Counted from the first letter of the stretch, positions 44,896 to 54,300 are shown. The stretch is DNA of 64,000 bases from an uncultured Microthrixaceae bacterium (GCA_963695115.1 CAVOFX010000002.1:70964-134963); one strand, 5' to 3'. Numbers and translations: made by a program. The notes: generated by a model not told the origin, from the sequence alone.

Positions 44896-47019
44896 GTGGC
44901 CCGCCGACTGGCCCAGTTGGCGGGCATCCCGGTCGCCCAGCTGGAGGGGGTCGGCGAGAAGAAGTCAGGAGCGCTGGGCGAGCTCGGCGTGGAGTCCGTG
45001 CTCGACCTCCTGACCTACTACCCGCGCAGGTACCTCGACCGCACCCGCGAAGCCCGCATCGCCGACCTCGCTGTGGGTGAGGAGGGTTCGGTGCTCGTGG
45101 AGGTGGTGGGGGCGCACACCCGGCCGACGAGGAGCCGTCGCCGGATGGTGGTGGCGGAGGTCACCGACGGGACCGGCCGGATGCGCCTCACCTTCTTCAA
45201 CCAGCCCTGGAGGGAGAAGCAGCTCCGGCCGGGGCTGCAGGCTTTCGTCTTCGGGAAGCTGGAGTTGTTCCGGGGTCAGAGGGGGATGACCAACCCGGTG
45301 GTGGACCTCGTGGGCGACAGGACCCGGCGGATCGTCCCCGTGTACCCGCAGTCGGAGCGGGCCGGGATCATGAGCTGGGACCTGGCCCGGTTCGTCGCGG
45401 AGGCGCTGCGGCGGACGGGGGAGCTGGCGGAGCCGTTGGACGAGAGGTACCGGGATCGCTGGGGTCTGGTCGATCGCGACAGAGCGTTCCGCTGCATCCA
45501 CGCCCCCGAGACCCTCGAGCAGGTGGCGGAGGCCCGCCGCCGGCTGGTCTTCGACGAGCTGCTGCGGGTGCAGCTCGAGCTCGTGAGGCGCAAGCGCCTG
45601 ATCGAGGAGTCCACAGTGGGCGTGGAGCACCTCGTGGACGGGGACCTGACCCGGCGCTTCGTAGGCGGTCTCCCGTTCCCGCTCACCGCCGCGCAGGAGC
45701 GTGCGATGGCAGAGATAGACGGCGACCTGGCCAGGTCCGTACCGATGCATCGTCTCCTCCAGGGGGACGTCGGCGCGGGCAAGACGCTGGTGGCGCTCCA
45801 CGCCCTGCTCGTCGCGGTGCAGGGAGGGCACCAGGGCGCGTTCATGGCCCCGACCGAGGTCCTGGCCGATCAGCACGCCATGTCGGTGCGCGATCTCGTC
45901 GACGGGCTCGAGGTGGGGGACGACGCGAGCCTGTTCGGGAGGCGTCCGCTCAGGGTCGAGCTGTTGACGAGCCGGACCACCGGATCGGAGCGTGCCGGTG
46001 TGCTGCGCGACCTCGGAGCCGGTGAGGTCGACATCGTCGTCGGGACGCACGCCCTGATCCAGGAGGGAGTCGGGTTCGCCTCCCTGGGTGCGGTCGTGAT
46101 CGACGAGCAGCACAGGTTCGGGGTGGAGCAGCGAGCGGCGCTGCGGGCGAAGAGCGCGGGCGATCTGGTTCCCGACGTCCTGGTCATGACCGCCACGCCG
46201 ATCCCGCGCACCGCCGCCATGACCGTCTACGGGGACCTCGACGTGTCGGTGCTCGACGAGCTACCGCCCGGTCGTACCCCGATCCGCACCGTCTGGGCCC
46301 GCAGCGCGGAGGAGGAGACGGAGGTGTGGGAGGAGGTCCGAGACGAGGTGTCCGGCGGGCGTCAGGCGTACGTGGTGTGCCCGCTCATCGAGGAGTCGGA
46401 GAAGCTCCAGGTCGCTTCCGCCCAGGAGACGCACGCCCGGCTCACGGGAGAGGGCGGCGAGCTGGCCGGGCTCTCGGTGGGGCTGCTCCACGGCCGCGTC
46501 AACCCGGCCGAGAAGCAGCGGACCATGGATCTCTTCCGCTCGGGCGGGCTCGACGTGCTGGTGGCGACCACCGTGATCGAGGTCGGTGTCGACGTCCCGA
46601 ACGCCACGGTTATGGTGATCCTCGACGCGGATCGCTTCGGGATCGCCCAGCTTCACCAGCTCCGGGGAAGGGTGGGTCGGGGCACGGACACCTCCACCTG
46701 CTTCCTGCTCGGCGAGCCGACGACGCCCGAGGGGGAGGAGCGCCTGAAGGCGATGGTCCGGAGCACCGACGGGTTCGAGCTGGCCGAGGTCGACCTGGAC
46801 CTCCGGGGCGAGGGAACGATCATGGGCGAGCGGCAGAAGGGGAGGAACGACCTGAAGCTGGCCTCGCTGCGGCGGGACAGGGAATGGGTGGAGCGGGCGA
46901 GGGCGGTGGCGATCGAGATCGTCGACGCCGACCCCGATCTCTCCGCACATCCTCTGCTGGCGGAGGAGGTGGCCCTCGTGGTGGGCGAGGAGGACGCGGA
47001 GTTCCTCTTCAAGTCCTGA
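44896..47019 (+). CDS. recG: ATP-dependent DNA helicase RecG
   Basis: Track ORF of 707 aa. Motifs FPLTAAQERAMAEI, RLLQGDVGAGKTLVA, VIDEQHRFGV, MTATPIPRT and QLHQLRGRVGRG. Confidence 0.93.
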   Translation: MARRLAQLAGIPVAQLEGVGEKKSGALGELGVESVLDLLTYYPRRYLDRTREARIADLAVGEEGSVLVEVVGAHTRPTRSRRRMVVAEVTDGTGRMRLTFFNQPWREKQLRPGLQAFVFGKLELFRGQRGMTNPVVDLVGDRTRRIVPVYPQSERAGIMSWDLARFVAEALRRTGELAEPLDERYRDRWGLVDRDRAFRCIHAPETLEQVAEARRRLVFDELLRVQLELVRRKRLIEESTVGVEHLVDGDLTRRFVGGLPFPLTAAQERAMAEIDGDLARSVPMHRLLQGDVGAGKTLVALHALLVAVQGGHQGAFMAPTEVLADQHAMSVRDLVDGLEVGDDASLFGRRPLRVELLTSRTTGSERAGVLRDLGAGEVDIVVGTHALIQEGVGFASLGAVVIDEQHRFGVEQRAALRAKSAGDLVPDVLVMTATPIPRTAAMTVYGDLDVSVLDELPPGRTPIRTVWARSAEEETEVWEEVRDEVSGGRQAYVVCPLIEESEKLQVASAQETHARLTGEGGELAGLSVGLLHGRVNPAEKQRTMDLFRSGGLDVLVATTVIEVGVDVPNATVMVILDADRFGIAQLHQLRGRVGRGTDTSTCFLLGEPTTPEGEERLKAMVRSTDGFELAEVDLDLRGEGTIMGERQKGRNDLKLASLRRDREWVERARAVAIEIVDADPDLSAHPLLAEEVALVVGEEDAEFLFKS

Positions 47020-47029
47020 GAAGTGTCCA

Positions 47030-47222
47030 ATGGCCTGGTCCGGAGCGTCGGTCCGGGAGCTATGTTCCAGGTTCGATGGAAGCTGACGATGGCGTGCGCG
47101 GGCTCGCGAGCGAGGCGGTCGACCTGCTCCGCCATCGCGGGCGTCGTGCACGCCGCCTCCAGGACGGCTGGCCCGAGTGGCGGCGCGCGGGGATGCCGGT
47201 GGCTGGGGGTCCGGGCCGGTGA
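47030..47222 (+). pseudogene. rhodanese-domain remnant (internal deletion plus frame changes), stop overlapping the dsrE-like start
   Basis: Own three-frame reading gives MAWSGASVRELCSRFDGS (N-terminal-like), KLTMACAGSRA (active-site-loop-like CxGxR) and ASEAVDLLRHRGRRARRLQDGWPEWRRAGMPV (C-terminal-like; tail of track ORF 46326..47222). The roughly 40 central residues of a normal rhodanese are absent. Confidence 0.35.
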
Positions 47223-47569
47223 AGATCCTGGTCGTCGCGCAGGGACCCGCGTACGGGGACGAGCGCGCCTACAACGGCCTGAGGCTCGCGGGGTCCCTCG
47301 CGCGGCGTGACGGCGTCGACGTTCGGGTCTTCCTCATAGGTGACGCGGTGGGGGCCGCGGTCTCCGGCCAGCAGGTCCCCGACGGCTACTACCACCTCGA
47401 GCGCATGGTCCGCCTTGTGGGTCGGCGGGGCGGTGAGGTCGGGTGCTGCGGAACATGCCTGGATGCGCGGGGCCTTGCAGGCGTCGAGCTGGTGCCGCCC
47501 GCGCGGAGGTCGGACCTCGAGGAGCTGACCGACTGGGTGCTGTGGGCGGACAAGACCGTGACCTTCTAG
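47219..47569 (+). CDS. DsrE/DsrF-like sulfur-relay family protein
   Basis: Track ORF 47177..47569 trimmed to the GTG (VKILVVAQGPAYGDERAYNGLRLAGSLA...VGCCGTCLDARGL...). Confidence 0.8.
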   Translation: MKILVVAQGPAYGDERAYNGLRLAGSLARRDGVDVRVFLIGDAVGAAVSGQQVPDGYYHLERMVRLVGRRGGEVGCCGTCLDARGLAGVELVPPARRSDLEELTDWVLWADKTVTF

Positions 47570-47572
47570 CCG

Positions 47573-48721
47573 ATGGCTTCCGAGACCGTGGTCGTCCTGG
47601 GTGGAGGGATCGGTGGCGTCGTCGCGGCGCGAAGGCTGCGGCAGAGGCTGAGGGCCGAGGACCGGGTCGTGGTCGTGGAGCGCGACCCTCGATTCAGGTT
47701 CACCCCGTCGCTGCTGTGGGTGATGTACGGCACCCGGAGACCGGAGCAGATCACCCGGGACCTCCGGCGGCTGAGGCGTCACGGGATCGAGGTGATCGAG
47801 GCGGACGTCGAGGGCGTCGACGCCGGTGGGCGCATCGTCGCCACGAGCACCGGACCGGTCCCCTTCGACCGCCTGGTGGTGGCGCTGGGTGCCGAGATGG
47901 ATCCCGCCGCCTGTCCGGGCTTCGAGGATCACGCCCGGAACATCTTCACGGTCGACGGGGCGGAGGCCGTCAGGGAGGATCTCTCGACGATGGGTGAGGG
48001 TCCGGTGGACGTCGTCGTCTCCCGTCTGCCGTACCGCTGCCCGGCTGCACCATGGGAGGCCGCGCTGCTGGCCGACTCGCTGCTGCGGCGCAGGGGTGTC
48101 AGGGATCGATGCCCGGTGCGGGTCACCACCCCCGAACCGGCCCCGATGCCGGTCGCCGGGCCCGCGATGGGTGCCGCGGTGCTGGAGATGCTCGCTGCCC
48201 GGGACATAGAGGTGAGGACCGGTTGCGCCATCGAGGGGATCGGAAGCGGTCAGCTCCTCCTCGAGGGGGGCCAGCGGATCGAGACCGGTCTGGTTCTGGG
48301 AGTCCCGCCCCACCGGCCTCCTCCCTCGCTGTCCGGGAGCGGCCTGTCGGAAGGACCGGGCTTCCTCCCCGTGGACCCCGCGACGCTGAGCACGGGGGTC
48401 GAGGGCGTCTGGGCGCTCGGCGATGTGACCGCGCTGCCGCTGGCGGGCGACCGCATGCTGCCCAAGGCGGGTGTGTTCGCCGAGCGCGAAGCGGAGGTGG
48501 TCGCCTCACGCGTCGCGGACGAGGTGCGCGGCCTGATCCCCAAACGCAACTTCGACGGTCGAGGGTCGTGCTTCGTGGAGATGGGCGACGGCCGCGCCGG
48601 GTTCGCCGCCGGAGGCTTCTTCGGGCCCGAGGGACCGCAGATCCGGCTCCACCGGCCCGGCCGGAGGTGGCATCTGACGAAGGTCGCCTTCGAGCGGTGG
48701 TGGCTGAGGCGTTGGCTGTGA
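47573..48721 (+). CDS. sulfide:quinone oxidoreductase-like FAD-dependent pyridine-nucleotide-disulfide oxidoreductase
   Basis: Track ORF of 382 aa. Motifs VVVLGGGIGGVVAA, PYRCPAAPWE and WALGDV...PKAGVFAEREA. Confidence 0.75.
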   Translation: MASETVVVLGGGIGGVVAARRLRQRLRAEDRVVVVERDPRFRFTPSLLWVMYGTRRPEQITRDLRRLRRHGIEVIEADVEGVDAGGRIVATSTGPVPFDRLVVALGAEMDPAACPGFEDHARNIFTVDGAEAVREDLSTMGEGPVDVVVSRLPYRCPAAPWEAALLADSLLRRRGVRDRCPVRVTTPEPAPMPVAGPAMGAAVLEMLAARDIEVRTGCAIEGIGSGQLLLEGGQRIETGLVLGVPPHRPPPSLSGSGLSEGPGFLPVDPATLSTGVEGVWALGDVTALPLAGDRMLPKAGVFAEREAEVVASRVADEVRGLIPKRNFDGRGSCFVEMGDGRAGFAAGGFFGPEGPQIRLHRPGRRWHLTKVAFERWWLRRWL

Positions 48722-48827
48722 ACTGAGCTGCGATGTCGCGTGCGGCTCGGTGGCCGCCGCTGGTCCGCTCAGCACGCCGGTACCCCGGACCTGCTCGTCG
48801 GAGACCCGACCCCGGTACCGTTCACCG

Positions 48828-49361
48828 GTGCGCGTGATCGGGGGTGAGCTGCGGGGCCGGAGGCTGGAGAGCCCTCCCGGTCGGACCGCACGGCCGGCCA
48901 CCGACCGCGTCCGCGAGGCCGTGTTCGGGGCGCTGGGCAGCCTCGACGCCGTCGACGGTGCCGAGGTCCTGGATCTGTTCGGAGGATCGGGCGCGCTGGG
49001 CATAGAGGCGCTCTCGAGGGGAGCGGCCTCAGCCACCTTCGTGGAGCGCGATCGCGAGGTCCGGCGGGTGCTGAGCCGCAACGTCGAGCTCCTGGGGCTC
49101 GAGGACAGGGCCGAGGTGGTGGCGGGCGACGCCGAGCTGTTCCTGGCCGAGGGGGAGCCCGGTCGGCACTTCGACCTCGCCTTCCTCGACCCGCCGTATG
49201 CATTCGACGCGTGGGAGGACCTGCTCGATGCGGTGCCCGCATCCCTGGTGGTGGCACGCAGCAACCGGCAGATCCCGTTCCCGTCGCGGTGGCGTGTACT
49301 GAGGGAGCGGCGCTACGGCGATACGCTCGTGTTCATCGCCGAGCGAATCGCGGAGCCGTGA
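48828..49361 (+). CDS. rsmD: 16S rRNA (guanine966-N2)-methyltransferase RsmD
   Basis: Track ORF 48750..49361 trimmed to VRVIGGELRGRRL. Motifs RPATDRVREAVFG, LDLFGGSGALGIEALSRGA and the DPPY motif (AFLDPPYAF). Confidence 0.88.
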   Translation: MRVIGGELRGRRLESPPGRTARPATDRVREAVFGALGSLDAVDGAEVLDLFGGSGALGIEALSRGAASATFVERDREVRRVLSRNVELLGLEDRAEVVAGDAELFLAEGEPGRHFDLAFLDPPYAFDAWEDLLDAVPASLVVARSNRQIPFPSRWRVLRERRYGDTLVFIAERIAEP

Positions 49362-49837
49362 GCCGAGTCCTCTACCCAGGGTCGTTCGACCCCATCCACA
49401 ACGGGCACGTCGAGATCATCGAGACAGCGAGCCGCCTGTTCGACGAGGTCGTCGTCGCGGCGATGCGGAACCCGCAGAAGGGCGAGCCTCTGTTCAGCTT
49501 CGATGACCGCAGGGCGATGCTCGAGGAGTCGCTGGCGCATCTGGACAACATCTCGATCACGATGTTCGCCAGCCTGGTGGTCGATCTCGCCCAACAGGTC
49601 GGAGCCGACTTCATCATCAAGGGGCTGAGGGCGGTCTCCGACTTCGAGAGCGAGCTGCAGCAGGCGCAGATGAACTTCGCGATCTCCGGCGTGCACACCG
49701 TCTTCATCCCCACAGCGACGTCGAACTCGTTCATCGCGTCGAGGTGGATCCGCGAGATCGCCCGCTTCGGAGGTGACGTGAGCTCGACGGTGCCTCCACC
49801 CGTTCAGAAGCGGATCGAGGAGAAGTACGGTGCATGA
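49358..49837 (+). CDS. coaD: pantetheine-phosphate adenylyltransferase
   Basis: Track ORF 49211..49837 trimmed to the GTG overlapping the rsmD stop. Motifs LYPGSFDPIHNGHVEII, GLRAVSDFESELQ and SSFIASRWIREIARFGG. Confidence 0.92.
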   Translation: MSRVLYPGSFDPIHNGHVEIIETASRLFDEVVVAAMRNPQKGEPLFSFDDRRAMLEESLAHLDNISITMFASLVVDLAQQVGADFIIKGLRAVSDFESELQQAQMNFAISGVHTVFIPTATSNSFIASRWIREIARFGGDVSSTVPPPVQKRIEEKYGA

Positions 49838-50460
49838 GCGTGACTGACGACCGGCCAGATGTCGAAGAAGAGGAGATCTTCGACGAGGAGGAGTTGGCCG
49901 AGGCCAGCTCCCCATATCACGCGGCCGAGAGCGAGGCGCTCCTGGATCGGGTTTACGAGCTGCTCGAGAACGCTCGCGAGATGCCGCTCTCGTCCTCGTC
50001 GCTGATCGACAAGAACGAGGTGCTGGATCTCCTCGACGAGGCGATGGCGCGGCTCCCCGACGAGCTCCGTGCGGCCCGTTGGCTTCTCAAGGAGAGGGAC
50101 GAGTTCCTCGCCAAGGTGAGGCGCGAGGGGGACGAGATCCTCGACGCCGCACGCTCCCAGGCGGAGCGGATGGTGCAGCGGACCGAGGTGGTGAAGGCGG
50201 CACAGCAGCGCGCCCGTCAGATCGTGGAGGCAGCCGAGGCCGAGGCCAGACGGATGCGGCACGAGACCGAGGACTACTGCGACCAGAAGCTGGCCAGCTT
50301 CGAGATAGTGCTGGATCGCACGCTGAAGATGGTCTCCGCGGGCCGGAACAAGCTCCAGGCGATGCCGATGCTCGGCAGCGAGGACGAGGAGGAGGAGCTG
50401 GACCTCCGCGACGGGGACTCGGTCGACGCATCGGAGTTCTTCGACCAGGACCTCTCGTAG
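49834..50460 (+). CDS. acidic coiled-coil protein (ATP-synthase-B/DivIVA-like; conserved position after coaD)
   Basis: Track ORF of 208 aa with a central heptad-like region (LKERDEFLAKVRREGDEILDAARSQAERMVQRTEVVKAAQQRARQIVEAAEAEARRMRHE). It overlaps the coaD stop. Confidence 0.6.
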   Translation: MSVTDDRPDVEEEEIFDEEELAEASSPYHAAESEALLDRVYELLENAREMPLSSSSLIDKNEVLDLLDEAMARLPDELRAARWLLKERDEFLAKVRREGDEILDAARSQAERMVQRTEVVKAAQQRARQIVEAAEAEARRMRHETEDYCDQKLASFEIVLDRTLKMVSAGRNKLQAMPMLGSEDEEEELDLRDGDSVDASEFFDQDLS

Positions 50461-50492
50461 CCGTCACAGGTGCCGGCGGGCAGACTGGAGCC

Positions 50493-51023
50493 GTGACCCA
50501 CCGAGAGCGCTCCGAGCGGCCGGCGCGACCGCTCCTGGTGTCCGTGGCGGACCTGCGTGGCCACACGGGCGAGCGTCGCCGGCTGGAGCTCTCGACCTGC
50601 CTCGGGGAGCTGGGCCTCTCCTCTGCGTGGGTCGAGCCGGAAGAGGAGGTCGGCCTGGATCTGATGCTCGAGTCGATGCCGTCGGGCCTCACCGTGACCG
50701 GCCGGATCCGGGCTCCTTGGGTGGGAGAGTGCCGACGCTGCCTGGAGCCTGTTCGGGGAGTGGTAGAGGCGGAGGTGCGGGAGGTGTTCTCCCCCGAACC
50801 GACCGACGAGGAGATCCGCCCGGTGGTGGAGGATCACCTCGACCTGGAGCCCGTGGTGAGGGAGGCGGTCCTGCTGGAGCTGCCCCTCTCCCCTCTCTGC
50901 TCGGAGGGCTGCGGAGGGCCCGACGGGCGGTACGAGATGGCAGCTCGCGAGCCGAGCCCCGACCCTCGGTGGGCTGGCCTGTCAGAGCTGCGCTTCGACG
51001 CGCCCGACCCCGGGGAAGGCTGA
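50493..51023 (+). CDS. yceD: YceD/DUF177 family protein
   Basis: Track ORF 50079..51023 trimmed to the GTG. Motifs GRIRAPWVGECRRCLEPV and LELPLSPLCSEGCGG. It is followed by rpmF, the classic arrangement. Confidence 0.8.
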   Translation: MTHRERSERPARPLLVSVADLRGHTGERRRLELSTCLGELGLSSAWVEPEEEVGLDLMLESMPSGLTVTGRIRAPWVGECRRCLEPVRGVVEAEVREVFSPEPTDEEIRPVVEDHLDLEPVVREAVLLELPLSPLCSEGCGGPDGRYEMAAREPSPDPRWAGLSELRFDAPDPGEG

Positions 51024-51138
51024 ACAGGCCCGAAGCACGGGAGAGCGGCCCTCTCCGTCTGGCCCGTACCCGGAGCGAGGCGGTAGCCTCGACTCCCTTC
51101 GCGATCACGCCCGACCACGGTGCGGAGAGAAGACCGAG

Positions 51139-51318
51139 ATGGCCGTCCCCAAGAAGAAGACCTCCAAGTCGAAGAGCCGCAGCAGGCGGTCCGGTGCCTG
51201 GCGCCTGCGGCGACCGGCCACCAGCACCTGCCCGCGCTGCGGTGCCACCAAGCGACCGCACCGGGTGTGTGGGAACTGCGGTTGGTACGCGGGCCGCGAG
51301 GCCGTCGAAGTCGAGTAG
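51139..51318 (+). CDS. rpmF: 50S ribosomal protein L32
   Basis: Own translation (59 aa, below the track cutoff): MAVPKKKTSKSKSRSRRSGAWRLRRPATSTCPRCGATKRPHRVCGNCGWYAGREAVEVE. Position was checked against overlapping track ORF 51120..51338. Confidence 0.92.
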   Translation: MAVPKKKTSKSKSRSRRSGAWRLRRPATSTCPRCGATKRPHRVCGNCGWYAGREAVEVE

Positions 51319-51325
51319 CCGCACC

Positions 51326-52312
51326 GTGCTTCCCATAGCCGTCGACGCGATGGGCGGCGACCGTGCCCCAGGGGAGATCGTGGCGGGAGCGGTCCAGGCC
51401 TCCGAGGAGCTGGGTGTCCCCATCATCCTGGTCGGCCGCCCGGACGCGATCGGTGACGTCCACGGCCTCGAGGTGATCGAGGCCTCGGAGGTCATCGAGA
51501 TGGACGACGACCCGGGCGTGAGCGTGCGCCGAATGAAGGACTCCTCCCTGGTCCGTGCAGCGGAGGCGGTGCGTGACGGGCGGGCCTCGGCGATGGTCTC
51601 GGCGGGGAACACGGGTGCCGCGATGGCCAGCGCCCTGCTGCGGATGGGTCGTCTCAAGGGTGTGAGCCGACCGGCGATCGCGACGCCCATCCCTGATCCC
51701 GGCGGCACCCACACGGTGATGCTCGATGCCGGAGCCAACGCGGAGTGCCAGCCGGAGTGGCTCGTCCAGTTCGCCCAGATGGGAGCCGTGTACTCGCGGG
51801 AGCGATACGCGATCGCCGAGCCACGGGTCGGCCTGCTCTCGATCGGAGAGGAGCCGACGAAGGGGAACTCGCTCGCGAGGGCCGCCCACGAGCTCCTGGC
51901 CGCGGGTGGCTGGGAGGGATCGACGGGTGCACGGTTCATCGGGAACGTCGAGGGCCGCGATCTCATGGGCGCGGCTGCGGACGTGGTGGTCACCGACGGC
52001 TTCACGGGCAATGTGGCGCTGAAGACCCTCGAGGGTGGGCTGCGATCGCTGGTAGGCGCGCTGCTGGGGGCGTTCGACACCGACGAGACGACCCGGTCGG
52101 CAGCCGACGCGCTCGGCCCCGCCCTGGCTCCCCTCTACGCACAGCTCGACCCCGACAACACGGGTGGTGCGCTGCTGTTGGGCGTGAAGGGCGTGTGCGT
52201 CATCAGCCACGGCTCCAGCAGCGCGCGAGCCGTGTTGAGCGCCGTGCGGGTGGCGGCGGAGATGGTGGAGGCCGGGTTCGTGGGTCATCTCGCCGCAGCT
52301 GTGAGGGGATGA
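51326..52312 (+). CDS. plsX: phosphate acyltransferase PlsX
   Basis: Track ORF 50627..52312 trimmed to the GTG (VLPIAVDAMGGDRAP). Motifs SAGNTGA, VVTDGFTGNVALKT and GVCVISHGSS. Confidence 0.9.
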   Translation: MLPIAVDAMGGDRAPGEIVAGAVQASEELGVPIILVGRPDAIGDVHGLEVIEASEVIEMDDDPGVSVRRMKDSSLVRAAEAVRDGRASAMVSAGNTGAAMASALLRMGRLKGVSRPAIATPIPDPGGTHTVMLDAGANAECQPEWLVQFAQMGAVYSRERYAIAEPRVGLLSIGEEPTKGNSLARAAHELLAAGGWEGSTGARFIGNVEGRDLMGAAADVVVTDGFTGNVALKTLEGGLRSLVGALLGAFDTDETTRSAADALGPALAPLYAQLDPDNTGGALLLGVKGVCVISHGSSSARAVLSAVRVAAEMVEAGFVGHLAAAVRG

Positions 52313-52452
52313 ACCACGGCTCCGGCGCGTAAGCCCAGGTGAGAAGCAGTTCACAAGCGCGCAAGCTCGAGGGCAGCTAGGCTCCCGTGGCCGCGCGGCC
52401 GCCTGATCCGGGATCGGTCGCCGCTTCCCAGCTGCCGGAGAAGGAGAGTTCC

Positions 52453-52743
52453 GTGCCTGCCGAGACCCACGTGGAGAAGGGTCCGCTCGACCGCGATCAG
52501 GTGCTGCAGATCATCCGGGACCGCCTCGCCGACATCCTCGAGATCGAACCGGGATCCATCGGGGAGGGTGACTCCTTCCAGGACGATCTCGACGCCGACT
52601 CGCTGGCCCTCATCGAGCTGGTGGAGGCCCTGGAGGACGAGCTGGCCGACCGCAGCGTGGGCTTCCGGATCGACGACGAGGATCTGGAGGACCTGAAGAC
52701 CGTCCGCGACGCGATCGACTACGTGGTCGCCAAGCTTGGCTAG
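52453..52743 (+). CDS. acpP: acyl carrier protein
   Basis: Track ORF 52387..52743 trimmed to the GTG after GGAGAAGGAGAG. The phosphopantetheine site is DLDADSLALIELVEALEDE. Confidence 0.88.
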   Translation: MPAETHVEKGPLDRDQVLQIIRDRLADILEIEPGSIGEGDSFQDDLDADSLALIELVEALEDELADRSVGFRIDDEDLEDLKTVRDAIDYVVAKLG

Positions 52744-53467
52744 TGCGCTTCGAACGCCAGGGGCAACGGACCGCCTCCTCGACCGGCTGGGCTACCGGTT
52801 CGAGGATCCCGCGCTTCTCCTGCAGGCGCTGACGCACCCGTCGTACTGCTCTGAGCACGGGGGGGAGTCGAACCAGCGACTCGAGTTCCTGGGGGATGCC
52901 GTGCTGGGTCTCGTCGTCGCCCACCAGCTGTACCTCGACTCCCCGGAGCTGCGCGAAGGGGAGCTCTCGAAGGCCCGCGCGGCGGTCGTCCGCTCGGAGG
53001 TGCTGGCGAGAGCGGCCGGTGACCTCGAGCTGGGAGACGCGCTGCTGCTCGGTCGCGGCGAGGAGAGCTCGGGTGGAAGGGAGAAGCCCTCGATCCTCGA
53101 GGACGCCCTCGAGGCGGTGATCGGTGCCGTCTATCTCGACGGCGGGTTCGTGGCCGCTCGGAAGCTGATCGTGGAACACCTCGGGCGTCACCTCGGCGAG
53201 GCCGCGATCGGGGGTCGGCACGACGACCCGAAGAGCCGTCTCCAGGAGCACCAGGCGAAGCTGGGTGCTCCCCCTCCGCGATACGAGCACGAGGTGGAAG
53301 GACCGGACCACGACCGCACGTTCCACGCCCGGGTGCTCCTGGGCGATCGAGAGGTGGGGAGGGGCACCGGCAGGTCCAAGAAGCAGGCTGAGCAGGAGGC
53401 GGCGCGCTCGGCCTGGCTGACGTTGGTCGACGGCAACGGGCCGCAGAGGGGGGACGACGGTGCCTGA
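52736..53467 (+). CDS. rnc: ribonuclease III
   Basis: Track ORF of 243 aa. RNase III signature is NQRLEFLGDAVLGLVVA. The C-terminal dsRBD contains GRGTGRSKKQAEQEAA. Confidence 0.93.
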   Translation: MASALRTPGATDRLLDRLGYRFEDPALLLQALTHPSYCSEHGGESNQRLEFLGDAVLGLVVAHQLYLDSPELREGELSKARAAVVRSEVLARAAGDLELGDALLLGRGEESSGGREKPSILEDALEAVIGAVYLDGGFVAARKLIVEHLGRHLGEAAIGGRHDDPKSRLQEHQAKLGAPPPRYEHEVEGPDHDRTFHARVLLGDREVGRGTGRSKKQAEQEAARSAWLTLVDGNGPQRGDDGA

Positions 53468-54296
53468 GCTACCCGAGGTGGAGACGATCCGGCGGGAGCT
53501 GGACAAGGAGGTCGTGGGCAAGCGGATCAAGAAGGTCGACGTCAAGGGGATGAGGTCGATCCGCCGCCACCCGAACAAGAAGCACTTCGCGTCGAGGGTG
53601 GAGGGGCAGAAGATCGCCGGTGTTGCACGCCGTGGGAAGTACCTGGTGCTGACGCTCGAGTCGGGTGACCTGCTCGTGATCCACCTCGGGATGAGCGGCC
53701 AGCTGCTCCGCTGCCCGACCAAGCAGGAGGTGGTGAAGCACACACACGTCATCCTCACCTTCACGCAGCACGGGCAGCTGCGCTTCATCGACCCCCGCAC
53801 CTTCGGTGAGCTCTTCGTGACGAGCCCCGACGAGCTCACCGCGGAGGTCCCCGAGCTCGCGAACCTCGGCGTGGACCCGGTCGAGCAGCCCATGAGCTGG
53901 GCCCGGTTCGGCCAGGAGCTCCTCCGGCACCAGATGAAGCTGAAGGCGTTCCTCATGGACCAGTCGATCCTTGCGGGGATCGGCAACATCTACTCCGACG
54001 AGATCCTCTTCGACGCCGGCCTCCGCTACGACCGTCAGACGGACAGCCTCTCCAGCCAGGAGATCCGCCGGCTGTACCGCTCGGTCGTCGGAATCCTCCA
54101 CGACGCCATCAAGTACGGGGGCACCACCCTGCCGGATGAGCGGTACGTGGACACGCACGGGAAGCCGGGCGAGTACCAGGATCACCTCGAGGTCTACGGC
54201 CGCGACAAGGAGGCCTGTCGGCGGTGCCGCATGACCATCACCAAGGCGAAGTTCGGTGGACGGAGCACCTACTTCTGCCCGGGTTGCCAGGTGTAG
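53460..54296 (+). CDS. mutM: formamidopyrimidine-DNA glycosylase
   Basis: Track ORF of 278 aa. N-terminus is MPELPEVETIRREL. The C-terminal zinc finger is CRRCRMTITKAKFGGRSTYFCPGCQ. Confidence 0.93.
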   Translation: MPELPEVETIRRELDKEVVGKRIKKVDVKGMRSIRRHPNKKHFASRVEGQKIAGVARRGKYLVLTLESGDLLVIHLGMSGQLLRCPTKQEVVKHTHVILTFTQHGQLRFIDPRTFGELFVTSPDELTAEVPELANLGVDPVEQPMSWARFGQELLRHQMKLKAFLMDQSILAGIGNIYSDEILFDAGLRYDRQTDSLSSQEIRRLYRSVVGILHDAIKYGGTTLPDERYVDTHGKPGEYQDHLEVYGRDKEACRRCRMTITKAKFGGRSTYFCPGCQV

Positions 54297-54300
54297 TGCA

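Noticed and set aside
47023-47310. Track ORF 47023..47310 (95 aa) as a real gene between recG and the DsrE-like gene
   Set aside because: It runs out of frame across the well-supported DsrE-like start, and only a short piece (…MACAGSRA…) looks meaningful. It is better explained as one fragment of a decayed rhodanese.
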